The position numbers and the translations under genes are program-made. Positions 12,801 to 27,344 of a stretch of 64,000 nucleotides of DNA are shown here, piece by piece (position 1 is the first letter of the stretch; every line of letters begins with the position of its first letter). Origin of the DNA: Eledone cirrhosa (lineage: Eukaryota); the NCBI GenBank assembly GCA_964016885.1, contig OZ024741.1, forward strand, positions 314,154,001 to 314,218,000, given 5' to 3'. Below the pieces are notes generated by a model, which was not told the DNA's origin, did no database searches, and worked only from the letters and a program-made list of their open reading frames with translations.

Positions 12801-15800
12801 GCAGTAAATCGCTTCGTCTTCCGCCACAGTTCCAAACGGAATAACATCTCACGGGGTGAACTCATCGCTCTCTGCTCCCTCCGTAGCCGAGATGACATCG
12901 TCATCAAACCGCCCGACAAAGGAGGCTCCGTGAGGGTATGGCGCGCTGACCTCTACACGGCTGTAGCCCTCAGGACGCTCCGTAACGCCCTCTTCTACCG
13001 CCCTCTACCCTCTGACCACACACCCCTCTACCAACAACAAGTTTCCTCCACCATCAAACAACTTGTCTCCTCCTCCTCCCTCCCACCGCTTCCTTCCTCA
13101 TCGTCCGCACCCCTCGCACCTCTAATATCTACTTCCTCTCCAAACTCCCCAAATCTGACAACACCGTCCGCCCCATCGCCTCGCTTGCAACTGCCCCACT
13201 GAAATCATCTCCGCCTTTCTTGACTCCATCCTCGCCCCCCCCCCTCATCACCACCCTCCATTCTCACATCTCCGACACCAACCACGCCCTTCGCCTGTTC
13301 AACTCCTTCAGTTTCCCATCCGGCCCACATCCCCTCCTCTTCACCCTAGATATCCAGTCACTCTATACTGTCATCTCCCACGCCGACGGCCTGCGTGGCT
13401 TCCGGCACTACCTCGACGCTCGCCATCCCCCATCCCTTCCACCCTCACCCTCCTTCGCCTCGCCGAGCTGGTCCTCACCCGCAACTGCTTCTCCTTCTCG
13501 GGTGAGTTTTTCCAACAGGTCACGGGGGTAGCCATGGGCCCAATAATGGACCCAAACTATGCCAACCCTTTTGTTGGCCCTGTTGAGGCCCAAATCTTTG
13601 CCCAGTACACCGGTCCCACGCCCAAACTGTACGGTCGTTACATCCACGACTGCATCGGAGCCACGACTCTCACGCGAGAAGAGCTCGACTCCTTTATGCT
13701 CCTTCTATCCCTCCCTCCACTTCACCACCTCTATCCCCACCACCCACGTCCACTTCTTAGACATCTCAATCGTCATCGACCCCTCCTACCGCTCCCTCGT
13801 CACCTCCGCCTTCTTCAAACCCACCGACTCCCACTCTCCTACCTCGACTTAACCTCCTCCCACCCTACACACATTAAACATTTTATTCCCTACTCCCAAC
13901 TCCTCGGGATCCGCCGCCTCTGCAGCCGAGGTGCTGATTTTGAGTCCCAAGTCCCTAGTCAGCCATTTTATCCGGCGAGGTTACCGCCTCCCCCTCCCTC
14001 GTCCACACCGCTCTCACTCGCGCCCGTGGCTGTCCACCGCTCCACGGCCCTCACCCCACGCAACCGCACACCCACCGTCTCCCCTTTCCCATGACCTACC
14101 ACCCCACCACCCTACCTCTCCACCGCACCATCCTCCGCCTCTTTCTCTGCCTCCAGTCCGTCCCCTCCACTTCCCCATCTTCCCATCCCCACTCCCCCTC
14201 CTTCAAACGCGCACGCATTCTCCGCACCCCCTCGTCCACAGCTCCCTACCCCCAATCCACCCCCCCCGGTACACTTCCCTGCTCCAGGCCCCGTTTCCAC
14301 ACCTTCCCCCACATCACCAACACCACCACCTTCCATGGTCACAATGGACACTCTCTCTCTGTCCGGCATGCCTTCCGCTGCACCTCCCCCAGCCTAGTCC
14401 ATGAACCTACGTCGGACCGACTGGACGTCACCTGGCGGACCGTTTCACGGAACACCTCCGGGATATTCGCCTCGGCGGGAGTTCCCCGATCGCTCGCCAC
14501 TTTCGCTGCCCTGGACATTCCGCCCACAACCTCACAGTCTGTGGCCTGCTCCAATGCATGGAACACCCGCCACCCGCCTCACGGTCGAACAACGCACCAT
14601 CTTCACCCTCCAGACCCCCCCCCCCGGCCTGAACTCCCCACCCTATTCCTTTAGCCTCGACCGCCCCCCCTTCGCCCACACTTTTCCCACTAACACACTT
14701 CCTCTTTCACCACTCAACCCCCTTGGCACATCCCACAACTAACATACTAACACCGCCACCCCACCCCTCGGCCCTCCCCAACTAACAAAACTAATATCCA
14801 AACCCCCTCCCCCTAACACGCGTACACCCACCTAAACATATATACACGCACTCACACCATCCACACACACTGCTACCACCACTAACCCTCACCCACACCA
14901 CCACTCTGACCAACCCACAACTAACATCACTAACCTCCCCCGACTCCACGCACACGAACACACACCATCACAGACACACACACACACACAACTATGTACA
15001 CCACCCACTCCATACACCGAACCACCACTAACCCCCATTTACACACCCGCTTTCCACCCTTTCCCCAACACATATGATACTAACACCCGCTAACACCCAC
15101 TTTACCACACACACACTCATCCAAACACGCACACACACACCAGTACACTACACTCCCTCCTCCGTCCCCAACACCTCTTCTCTCCCTCTCTCTCTCCTTC
15201 TCTCTCTATCTCCATCTCCTCGCCCCACCCACATCCATTCACGCACACACATCCCACTAAAACCTCTACTAATATACACCCCATCGCCCCACTTCACCAC
15301 CTTCCCCTCTCACCCTTCACACCTACCCATCCTCTCCCCTGTCCCCCGCACCTCCGCACACACAGACACACACACGGTCCTCACCTCACTCCACCTTTCA
15401 TTCTGCTCATTCTGCTCTACTGCTATCTCCTCATCCCGCTCTACTGCAATCTCTTCACTCTGCCTTGACCCTCTGACCACTTCCTGTTGCGCGCGCGCCC
15501 CACTTCCCTCCACTTCCGACCTCCACCAACATTGGATTCTACACCATCGGTCATCATCGGTCATCATCCACTCCATAACATGAAAAATATCCAGCAACTC
15601 TTCACACATCCGACGGAACTACCTCAGGACCTTACCCACGAACATACACTCACATTTTTTTTCGCACCAAGCCACCCACATCAACACCACATATAAACAC
15701 AAACACACACGTGCGTACCCCCACATATACACAACCACCAGAATCCACACGCCATCTCCCCCACATCTGACCCCTCTCCGTCCACACGCACGCACACACC

Positions 15801-16230
15801 GACTTACACCCCATTTCACGCACACATTTTCCTGAACATGGAACCTCGTTCTTCCTAAAACTCTCACATAAACTCGCACACACACTCACGTACACCTACA
15901 CACATACACAAACACCACCTTCAGCCTTCCCCGCTTCGAACCCCGGCCTCCCCCTCCCAACTCCACCCGCCACCACCCTTACACGCCTCACATCCTTCCA
16001 CCACTTGTTCATCTTATTGTTTATTCTTATCTTTATTTTTACGTTTATTTTTATTTTTATTTGTTATCCTACCCCCTTTTTTCTAAATGTATTTCCACTC
16101 ACCTCTGAACTCTCTTCCTAACCTATTTACTCCTGAAGAAGGGCTTATGCCCGAAACGTCTCCCCCTCTCTCAAAATAAACATTTATTTGTCTGCCTCTC
16201 TGTTTTGTTCCCGTATAAATTTGCACTGTA
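12800..16230 (+). mobile_element. Neptune-like PLE, frameshifted RT plus GIY-YIG, long C/A-rich 3' region
   Basis: DDIVIKPPDKGGSV, LFTLDIQSLYT, GVAMGP..YANPFVG, RYIHDC, FLDISI, KPTDSH..SSHP..IPYSQLL, PCSRPR, YVGPTGR.LADRFTEH. Confidence 0.85.
16133..16160 (+). ncRNA. Minimal hammerhead core in the PLE pLTR; stem I not evident
   Basis: CTGAAGA-A-GGGC-TTAT-GCCC-GAAA-CGTC followed by AATAAA. Confidence 0.65.
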
Positions 16231-16239
16231 TATATATAT

Positions 16240-16343
16240 AAACGGAAAAAATGAAACGAAATTTCATTGCCCCCTCTTAGTACGGCTGTTATTTAAATAT
16301 AGTATGTACACGTACATACATATATGTATACAGACGTACAGTA

Positions 16344-16392
<49 letters not shown>

Positions 16393-16490
16393 CACACCTA
16401 TATATATGTACGTATGGATTCACCGAACATTTATTATAATGCTCAGTGTGTTTGTAAACAAACATCCCGTATTAAGCCGTAGTGTCTAGC
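16240..16490 (-). mobile_element. Partial unit of the ~422-nt retrozyme-like repeat, without the HHR portion
   Basis: Near-identical to parts of 56513-57675 (AACGGAAAAAATGAAACGAAATTTC; GGATTCACCGAACATTTATTATAATGCTC). Confidence 0.8.
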
Positions 16491-17057
16491 TTATATAAAT
16501 ATAATATATGTAGAAATAAACACAGAGAACTCTGTGTGTAAAATTACGAGGGTAGATATACTACAAATGTTTTATATATTTAATCTGAATGATACAGATA
16601 TAGAATTTATACAGACCGTATCAATAACCATTTCATCACTCGGACAGATTAGAGGTTTAATGATCTGTTTCGCCCTGAAAATTGTGTTTGTAACAGATAA
16701 TCCGTAGGCTTTCCACAGCGAAAGATAAGATCAAATGAAACAAACCACCTCTAACAGGAACTCACAGGCGTAAAATACACCTCGTGGGTTGTAAGCTATA
16801 CGTGGTATGAGTGGTTGTGCTAGAAATAATAGCCTTATTACACTCAACTTATAAGCTCACCTAGTTAGGGAGTCGAAATACAAATAAAATACAGAGTTAT
16901 TAACTCATATCGATACCTTGATATTGATATTATTATTATTATATATTGATATTATTATTATATAATGATATTATTATTATATAATACTCAGTATTTATAC
17001 TTTGAGCTTGTTAATTACAGGGTATCAATATGAGTTAATAACTCTGTATTTTATTTC

Positions 17058-17522
<465 letters not shown>

Positions 17523-17538
17523 TATATGTATTTTTACA

Positions 17539-17942
17539 TAAACAAACAAATTATAAACGTAATCATGTAAGTATGTTTTTGAAACGGTGCGCGAGTTTGA
17601 AATTAGAAATTAGAAAATATAAGCTTTCACAGTATTTTAGACTAAAGAAATTTCTAGCCTGATAGTGGGTTTATAACCCTCGAAGAAATGGAAAAAGATG
17701 AGTGTTGCCGTACATGGTAGTCGAACCCACATCTTTGGTTATCCAGACCACTGTGCTACCATTACACGAATACACATCCCATCTCCTTCCATTCGAATTA
17801 GAAGCTATGAATTTAGCAAGTGAATGTTAAACAAACAAATTATAAACGTAAACATGTATGTTTTTGAAACGGTGCGCGAGTTTGAAATTAGAAATTAGAA
17901 AATATAAGCTTTCACCGTATTTTAGACTAAAGAGAAATCTAG
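17539..17942 (-). repeat. ~290-bp tandem unit (about 1.4 copies) containing a tRNA-derived segment (~17705-17780)
   Basis: ~115-bp direct repeat at 17539 and 17828; minus strand GTGTAATGGTAGCAC (A box), TGGT-CTGGATA-ACCA arm, GGGTTCGACT (B box); acceptor stem broken. Confidence 0.6.
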
Positions 17943-18019
17943 TGTGTGTGTGTATATGTATGTATATATGTATGTGTGTGTGTATGTGTGTATATATGCC
18001 TTTATATATATTATGTCAG

Positions 18020-18200
18020 GTCACCAGTTGGTGCTACTGGTAACATGTATCCCAGTACAACCTGTCTCATGGTCGGGTCGTTGGCGACTAAACTGGCAAC
18101 CCCACCAAGGTTTTTTGGTGAGGAGGGTAACTTTGGACATCCTGCAGGACTAAAAACGAAACCTGTCAAATGGCAAGGGAGCTCTTAAGAGTCAATAGCC
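18020..18200 (+). mobile_element. Repeat fragment, probable LINE 5' UTR; also present inverted at 33780-33995
   Basis: CATGGTCGGGTCG..GGCGACTAAACTGGCAACCCCACCAAG matches the reverse complement of ~33905-33945. Confidence 0.55.
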
Positions 18201-18781
18201 ATCCAAAATCACCGGGAGAGATGACCCCTTAGCCTTTGTCAAGGCAGAATTCTAGGAGAAGGAAAACTCTGATATAACACCTGCAACCCTGATGGTATCC
18301 AATGATGTTGACTTGTTCTTCTTTTTGGTAAGTATCATCTTGGTTAAGAGAGCGGGACTGGCTTTGTGCAGTGCCTTTGCTCACTATAAAAGCTTCACAG
18401 CACAGGCATTGCTTTATATCTGGAGATCTCTCTGCACTTGTCATCACATGGTACCATGGGCCCTGAACTATGTGTCAATAATGGTCACAAGTGTAGTCTT
18501 TGTACCAGAGTTTTCAAGTCGCTGGCTGGACTAAAAAGTCACATTCGTTCAGCGCATCGGTAGGGTTCTCCTACATGGATATAAAGTAGTGGCCGTACTC
18601 GAAAACGAGTTGGCAGCCACCATATATATATATATATATATACAGTATATATTATCTATGTGAGTGTGTGTGTTTATTTAAATGTAAGAATGTCGCAAAT
18701 ACATGTCTTGAAATTTGGTATAAAATTGTATCATTGATATCTGTGTCATTAATGATATCTTCAAAATCATCATATTTTTAG

Positions 18782-18913
18782 AATGCAGCGCCGGAAAGTT
18801 TTGTATTGCTTGTAATGAGACATGCCTTTCTATCAACAACATGAACTGTATGAAGCGAAATGGAACATGTTCAGATGGCTGTTCTGCAGGTTATATTGGT
18901 GTCAATTGCCAAG
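18782..18913 (+). CDS. Internal phase-1/1 exon encoding an EGF-like (MEGF/SCARF/laminin-EGF-type) module of a host gene
   Basis: ttttag|AA TGC..CAA G|gtatat; 132 nt; (E)CSAGKFCIACNETCLSINNMNCMKRNGTCSDGCSAGYIGVNCQ, open frame. Confidence 0.8.
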
Positions 18914-18985
18914 GTATATCATAAAATTGTTACGTACTTACTATTCACACTCATACACGCACAAACACATATATATATATCATTA

Positions 18986-19958
18986 TCTATAAAAGCCAGA
19001 TTTCTGTTGTTGTGTGTGTGTGCGTACATGTTCCATGTTTATACATTTGCACAATTTCAAACTGCTTCGATCCCAAATCTGTAAGAATGTTGTAAATGGT
19101 CTAACTTAGGTCACTGACTATTTATTTCATTCACACTCACCCACAATTACAGTAATAATCGATAAAACTAAATACATGACGCGCTTTACCCCTCTAATAC
19201 AGTCAGATTTTGTCTCTCTACTCCCCCTTGAACTTTAACAGAGAGAGAGGGAGAGAGAGAGAGAACGTTTGTTTTTGAGTGTGGAACGGTCAAACATTTA
19301 TTTACTTCAATGACAAAGAGAACTTATTACATTTCATATGAAACAACAATTATGCAAAAGCAACAGATAAATTTATTCAACAACAAAAAAAATAGCGATA
19401 AATCTTTTTTAAAACATCTATCAACGAACGTGGAAGAAAAAAGTATCAGTTCATTTACTATACAAAATAATATCCTCTATGAGGTCACTAAACCTGCAAG
19501 AAACAGCAGCTAACACTCCCCCATATCACACCACTCCATACTCTCTTAAATTTAGAAAACATATCCTCTATGAGGTCACTAAACCTGCTAGAAACAGCAG
19601 CTAACTCTCCCTCATATTCAAAAGCAACAGATAAGTTTATTCAACAACAAAAAATAGCGATAAATCTTTTTTAAAACATCTATCAACGAACGTGGAAGAA
19701 AGAAGTATCAGTTCATTTACTATTCACAATAATATCATCTATGTGGTCACTAAACTTGCTAGAAACAGCAGCTAACTCTCCCCCATATCACACCACTCCC
19801 TACTGTCTTAATTTAGAAAACAGCTCCTGTTCGGCAGTCCAGGTCTGCAATTCATTCACCCAGTGCCTGGCAGACAAAAAGGTGCTGCCATAAAATAGGT
19901 GGTGCAAACTAACTTTGGTAACTTACTGACCCCGAGCAACGCCGGGCTTTAATGCTAG
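18986..19958 (+). mobile_element. Non-autonomous Helitron
   Basis: A|TCTATAAAAG start; 3' hairpin CCCGAGCAACGCCGGG ~10 nt before CTAG|T; internal ~265-bp tandem duplication (19355 and 19620). Confidence 0.75.
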
Positions 19959-20354
19959 TATATATATATATATATATATATTAATATATAAAAATAACAA
20001 AATAAGATGCTGAGGTTACATATATCGTTTAATCATTATAATTATTTCCACGGTTCTCCATGCAATCGAGATGTCCTTCATTCACCTATATCGGAGTCAC
20101 AGCTAATAAATTTAAGTAATGCTGATACAATCACTGCCACACCTTTAGCAGAGTTGATAAGAAATACAGCACCGCCCTCTAAGAACTGATAACACCTTGA
20201 ATGATAGCACCTTGATAACACCTTGAATACACCCTTTCGTGGTCCAAGGTAGCCTCAGCCCAACCCTACAGAGGGTGTGGACATGACTCGTGTGATTTGT
20301 GTGTCACCGAGATTATGGAAATAATCGAGAGTAGAGCTCGAGTTATCAATAAAA

Positions 20355-23300
20355 GGAGTGCGTGCACAACGGTTTCGTCGCTTTGTGCGCATCTCGGACA
20401 TGTTCGGCTGACGGCACTTCCGTGCCTGTATAGCTTATCTCGAACCGGCAACACTCCCCGGTAGCATTGACAGGCCAGGGATTTCTGGAAATTGTACATA
20501 GGCGCCGGGCTGAAAGTTTTCTTGAAGAGAGTGAACTGCTGTTTGTCTTCGACGCCCAGGGTCTCCCCGAAAACATCGTCACTCTTCCCCTCCACTAGTC
20601 CTCTATAGAACGCCGAGTTGGATGTTCCACCGATACTAGTGCCCAACTAGTAGAAGGCTGTGAGCGCTTGGAGGCATTCTAGCTTCCAAGCGCTATCCCT
20701 CGGTCTTTCCTGATCCAGGACTGCAGCTCCGTTAATGAGACGAGCTGAAGAAAAACACGTCTGGCAAACGGTGACCACACCTGTTCTCCTTCAAGGAAGC
20801 ACCAGAGATGTCGCAGCCTCAGCGCATGTTTGCACATCATCAGCCACGGCATGCTCAGCCCTCCACGCAACGGGTGTTGACAGCAGATGGATCATCTGAA
20901 AATGGGGGGCACGTCCTTCCATTTAAAGCGGAAGAGGAGGCGCTCCATTTTTGTCAGAGTTGGGCCCGGGCAAGGCACAACGGTTATGTAGTATCAGATG
21001 ACGGATTTGTTGAAGGGATTCGTAACCTCTCCCCGACCTTTCAGGGACAGCTTCTTCTCTGTCCATTTCTGGGTGAGAGAGGCCACCCTGTTCGTTACCT
21101 CGCTCCAGTTTTTCTCCATCTGGTGGTCTGGACCGAACCAGACACCGACAATTTAACCGGTCCTTCCGTCCAGCGCCCCACGACGCTGTCAGGCGGCGTG
21201 GACTTGCCTCTCCAGGTGTCGAGCTGCAAGCCCACCGACTTTTCCTTGTTTAACTTTGCTCCTGTCACTTCTTCATATTCCTTGCCGAGCATCTGGACTT
21301 GTACTGTGCGTGACGTCGTCGGCGTAAGCCGATACGGATGTCCCACATCCCAGTTCGAATGGGACGTCTCTCATCGACTCCAATTTATGCAGTAACGGTT
21401 CTAGGGCCAATACGTACAAGAGTGACGAGACGGGACAACCCTGACGGACCGAGCGCATGATGCTGAACGGCTGTGACAGATGACCGTTCACCTTCACAAC
21501 TGAGCAGATGTCGCTGTGAATCGCAGCGATCCAACCACTGAAGATGGGCCCCAAACCAGCCGCCTCGAGGACCGCCGCCAGATACCGATGGTCGACCCTA
21601 TCAAATGCCTTAGATTGATCTAAGTTGATCAGGGCCTCACCCGTTACTTAACCACCCTCTCTATAATGTACCTGTCTGGAATGGCGCATGTCTGCGCCTC
21701 TCCTACCAGATTACCGATGACAAGCGCCAATCTTGTTGCTAACACCTTGGCTACAATCTAGAAATCTATGTTTAACATAGTTATAGGCATGAAGTTGTCT
21801 ATAACGTCACCTTTGTTCGGGCCTTTTTTTAACAACACCACTGCTCCCCGCCTCACAAAACTGGGAATGCTCCCGTTTTGCTGCCAGTTGCAGTAGACGT
21901 CTGCCAAGACGTCGCCGAACAAGTCTAGCATGTACGCATAAAGCTCGTAGGGCAGACGATCCAAACCTGGTGATTTATCCCTCGAGCAGTCAAACATCGC
22001 TTCCCGGATTTCTACTGCTGTTATCGGCTTTTCGGAATACTGCACTGCGTTCGACAATAGCTGCGGCAGTCCCTCGAGGTATGCACTGAAGTTCATACTC
22101 AGATCTGGCTCGCGCGCTCCCAAACAGTTGAGCAAAGTGCTGCTGAAAAGCCTGACAAATCTGCTTGGGTTCAAGTAACATGTGCCCGTTTTGGTCAGGC
22201 AAGGATTGAATTGTGGCTTTGTTGCCACGTCGCGCCGCCACCACCCGTGCCCATTGGACAGCTTTTGTCCCCTCTTGTCTCAGTTAACGCATTCTAGCTC
22301 TGACAACGCAGCCTTGATGCTTTGCATTGAAGAATTGGTTGAGTGCCAATCTTGCCGCAAGCAAGCGATGCCTGTCCTAAACGCCTCTTCTAGCTTTCTA
22401 ACTAGCTCTCCTTCTGCTCTATTTTCCTCTACCTTTACTCTTTTGCTAAACCTTTTTGATTCTACTCTAATTGCCCTTTTCAGGGTAAACCACATCCTGT
22501 TGTTGACGATCGCACCCATCAACGCACGCTTAACTAATTCGCTTATCCGGTCTTTGTGAGCTTTGCGCGCCGGGAAAGACGCGTTCAGCTTCCAGTAACC
22601 GGGTCCTTGCCTATGAAGTCTATCTAAGTCGACTTCACAAATCACAAATGTGTGGTCCGAGTAGCCGACTACTTTAAATTGTGGACAACCTACGCTAGCC
22701 TTATCAGTTTCCCTACACAATAGCCTATCTAGATACGATCTGGATGAACCGATGCACTTTGCCCATGTCCACATTGGCACATTCGGATAATCCAGTCGAT
22801 ACCTGTCAGACAGTTGAAAACGGCTGAGCAGGTAGCTGAGGCTTTTACATCCTCCTCCCTTATTTACTAGCCCCACATAATCCCAGCATGCATCTAAGAT
22901 ACCGTTCCAGTCACCCACTAACACTAAAGAGCGGGACGTTCCAAGAAAGGTCTCTAGACATCTGCAGAAATCTGGCTGGCCTGCCCTTGTTGGGTCGTAG
23001 ATGGCTACTAGCCTGAAAACATTACCTTCGCTGCCTGTCACGTCCAGTACCACCGACTTACCTTCTGGGTCCAGGAAGATGGCCCGTATAGCGAGATCCA
23101 AGCCTCTCCGAAAAAAGGACGTCAACCCCTCCCTTCGATCCTGGACGACTGGGAGATGCGTATACATCGTAGCCGCCGAAGATCGGTGCGAAGTCACCTG
23201 CTTCGGAAATTCTGGTCTCGCTGATATCCACCACATCTATGTTTAGAGACCTGAGATCGTTAAGCAGGTGCCGCTGCTTCTAAGATGACCCCAGGCCACG

Positions 23301-25590
23301 TACATTTATACTGCCTATTCTAAGCAAGGCCATGTTGGGTGAAGAATGGAGTAAGTGAGAAAGGATCACCTACCCTGATCGTGTGGGAAAGGGACAGTCC
23401 CTTTGGCTGGTCATGGGTGTCTCCAAGATGATGTCGGTGTGAATCCTCTTGGTAACCGATCCCCTGAAGTCTCCAACTCCGTTGGGCAATTTTTCTTATA
23501 TCTGTTTATAATGTTCTATTTTAATTTCAATAATGTTTATATATTTCGGGAAAGTTCTTGGTGTTGGTGGGGTGTAGTAATGTTTGTCTGTAACATATGT
23601 GTGCTGCTTTATATGTTCTCAGAGATCTTTATTTGCCATGTTTATGGCTGTGTAATATTTTTTTTTGTGGGGTTGGATTTGTTGGTGTTTTCTTGTTGCT
23701 GCTGTTGGGTATGTTTGTCTTGTTGTGTTTGCGATGTTGATGTTTGTGGTGATGCTGGTGGTGGTTGTTGGTGGTGAGGGTGGGGATGGTGGTGGCGTTG
23801 CTGCGAGACGCTTTGCAGCCTTCACCACTCTTTGTTTGCCTTCGCTTTTGGAAGGTGAAGGTAAGGTGTTATTTGTGTTGGGGGGGGGGGGCACAGACCG
23901 TCGTTTGCCCCTTCACTCCCGCCTCAGACACTATGTCGGATTCCGTGGCGTCTGTGAGGGTATGTGCTCCACGGCTGTTGGTGGTGGTAGTGGAACCCTC
24001 TCCGGCGATGTTGTTGCTGGTGCAGCTACTGCGAATGTAGCTACTGTTGTTGCCGCCATTGCTGCTGCTGTTTTAGTTGTCCGTGGCCTTGGTATGGGTG
24101 CTACGGACGTTGCCCTGCTGCTCCCCATGGTAGGGTCTTCTGCGTTTGTTTCCTGCTCTGCTCTTGGTAGCAGAGGACCAGGCACTGGAAGGAGGGGGGC
24201 CTCCTTCTTCGCTGTCTTCTGCGGGCAAAAGGCCCTGAGGTGACCCTTTGACCCACAGAAATAGCATTTTGGGCGCCTTCCTTCCCCGCTTATAGGGAGT
24301 TGGAGTCCTTCCTTGTGGTCTATGATATCGGAGATAGCCTCGATACACTCCTGGGCAGTTTGTATTAGCCTTTGCATGCCTATACCTACCAGTCCTCTTT
24401 CCCTATTTCCTCTACTTGCAGCATGGTCGTCCTGTCCTCGATTACAGCAAGGACAGACGCGGCGAGCCAAGGTATGGCTGCGTCGGGTGGGACCTGGGTC
24501 ACTTTGTCCCTCACATTCTTTTGACCACAATAGGAGGGCACCAAAACTATCTCCTCACTCTTTAGGGTACCAAAGTGTGAGACTTCGCCTCCTGTGTGTG
24601 TGTGGGGGGGGGTGTACGTCTACTGTGGCATATTTTTTCCTCGGATGATGTGGGCTTTGCGCACCCAGACGCACACCAAGACCTTCTGGATTTGAGCCTC
24701 AGTGGCTCTCTCCACCCGACGTGATATTTTGTTTACAGTGCGGTCTGTCACCCTCCGTAATTGCTGATCCTTGAAAAAATCGGATGAAGATGTCATGGAG
24801 ACTCGATTGTCATTTCTTGTCACTATGGCCCGTGCGACTGCCATCTCCTCCTCCGTGACTAGCACTGTTTCGATATTTCGGGCCCCACCTGCAAAAGAAG
24901 TGGACCCTTTTTCAGCGGCACCATTATTGGTGCCGCCACTGCTGCTTCTTGTCTTGCTGTTGGTGATGAGATCATTGTTACTGGTATTGATGTTGTTATT
25001 GTTGTTGTTTTGTTGCTGATATTGTTGTCATTGTTCTTGTTTTCGTTGATACTGTTGCTGCTGTAATGTTGTTGTGGCTGTTGTTATTATATTTTTTTTG
25101 TTGATACTTTCCTCACTGTTATTGTTGTTGTGGCTGTTGTTATTGTCATTGTTATTGTCTTTCTCGACCTTATCGCTGTTATTTTTGTTGTTGCTGTTGT
25201 TATTGATGGTGTTGTTGTTGGTGTTACTGTTAGTGTTGTTTGTGTTAGAAATATTTGGTCTTTTACTTCGTAATATTTTCTTTTATATTCACCTTCGCTA
25301 GAACGCTGTCTTGTTGACATGTTGACAAAGTCTCCCTCTCTCTGAGCGGTCTGACCGCGCTCCCTCTCTTTCTTGTGTTATCCATGTTTGAAAGAAAAAA
25401 CAATTTTTTGAAATAATTTTTTACATAATACGACACCCCATAAATGGGTGCCGTATTATTTAGGTGGGTCACTTCTTCTAAACTTTTATCAAGTTTAAAA
25501 CTTGAATAAAAGGTTAAGAACTGTTTGAAATTGATGAATACTGTTGAAAAAAAAAATGGAGCCGATAAGAAGCGTGTCTTCACCGTCAAT
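20355..25590 (-). mobile_element. L1/Tx1-clade LINE with decayed ORF1 (CCHC knuckle) and ORF2 (APE-RT-zf); 3' end missing
   Basis: CYFCGSKGHLRAFC; LVGDWN, SYLDR, YSDH, PGYWKLN; KSPGLD, LDQSKAFDRVDH, SVRQGCPVS, AYADD; CPRC. Confidence 0.9.
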
Positions 25591-26226
25591 AATAATAATA
25601 ATAATTTATTTGTTTTCGTTAAATGTAAGAATATCAGTGATAAATAAAGCAGAAACTGGTAAGTAGCGTAAAATGTTTAATATTTTTGAATGTAATTTTG
25701 TTACTTATATTGATTGTTACTTCCATATGGTTCCGGAACATTATATTCAAATATAATCTCTCTGTGTAATGTAGTATATCTATATTATATTATGTATATC
25801 ACCGTTTGTCAAGCCCTTCGAGTGACTGAAGCAATTCAATTAAACCATCCCATTTTCCACCTATAGTTGACACAACCACAGAAAACACACCATAATAAGT
25901 CAGATAAATAATCAGAAGTGTTGGCCCTTAATAATGGGGGAGAAGTTACATCGTCTTAATTCATGTTAATCATCCCACGTTCCGTCACCTCGGAATATCC
26001 ACACAATTATCTCTACTCTCCAAAATGGCATGTTACAATTAACATGCCGGGAGTACGAATATTCGTCCAACAAACGATTTGGGTTTTATTCTTCTGAGTA
26101 ATCTCATGGTAAGCAAACTTCCAGGTCATTGATCATCACACTTTTTTGTAACTTATCACCGATTCCTGCAGTTGATCTTAATGTGACCTAAGCGTGTGCA
26201 TCTGTTCAGAATCCGTTTCAGTTGAT

Positions 26227-26405
<179 letters not shown>

Positions 26406-26953
26406 AGTGTAATTTTCTACACAAAACGAAGGTTATAGAGAAAATTGAGGTTGGTAATGGCACATGGAATATATAAGAGACAGAATACTTTTTTGTGAAA
26501 AAACATATAATTTTATAAGGTAAGGAAATAATAAAGGGTATAAAAAATGACCGGTATCGATGGGTCTGCAAAAGCCATCTTTTCAAATGTTGATTAATAT
26601 TAAGAAAAATTAATAATACGAAGAGTTAAAATTTGAGATTTGAAAATTCAAGTATAAAATTCATTGTGGGATTTCATAGTAGTTTTCATCTAGGTAGCAA
26701 CAACAGGTTGACTGCTGTGTCCCTTTCTGGTAGTGAATGAGAAGTTATTTGGGGTGTGGGTTATTTTATAAAGGTCAGATTTAGCAATGGCCAACTGGCC
26801 AGCTGCTGGTCAGTGAGGGGGTGGAAGCAATATACATACACATATCTTCCTGTGGTGGGTAGGAGAGTGGAGCGTGATAGAAAGGGATTTAGTGCACTTA
26901 CACCTATATATACACACATACCTTCATCCACACATACATACATATACATATAC

Positions 26954-26990
<37 letters not shown>

Positions 26991-27344
26991 CACACATACA
27001 TACACACACACATACATATACATACACACATACACACACACACATATATACACATACACACACACATATATATATATATATACACACACACATATATATA
27101 TATACATACACACATCCAGATAAATATATATATATATATATATATTTATTTATTTATATTTATATATATATATATATATATATTTATTTATTTATTTATA
27201 TTTGTATATATATATATATATATATATTTATTTATATTTATATATATATATAAATATACATATATATATATATACACATATATATACACACACATACATA
27301 CACATCCACATACATATATATACACACATAATATTGCGTAAACA

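Noticed and set aside
17705-17780. Functional tRNA gene
   Set aside because: Acceptor and T stems are disrupted; tRNA-derived only
25620-25665. Strong donor CTG|GTAAGT after NVRISVINKAET
   Set aside because: No acceptor or homology visible; cannot be supported as an exon
26546-26590. HHR-like relic on minus strand (TTGAAAA-GATGG..CCATC-GATA-CCGGTC)
   Set aside because: Three core mismatches; at best a decayed pLTR
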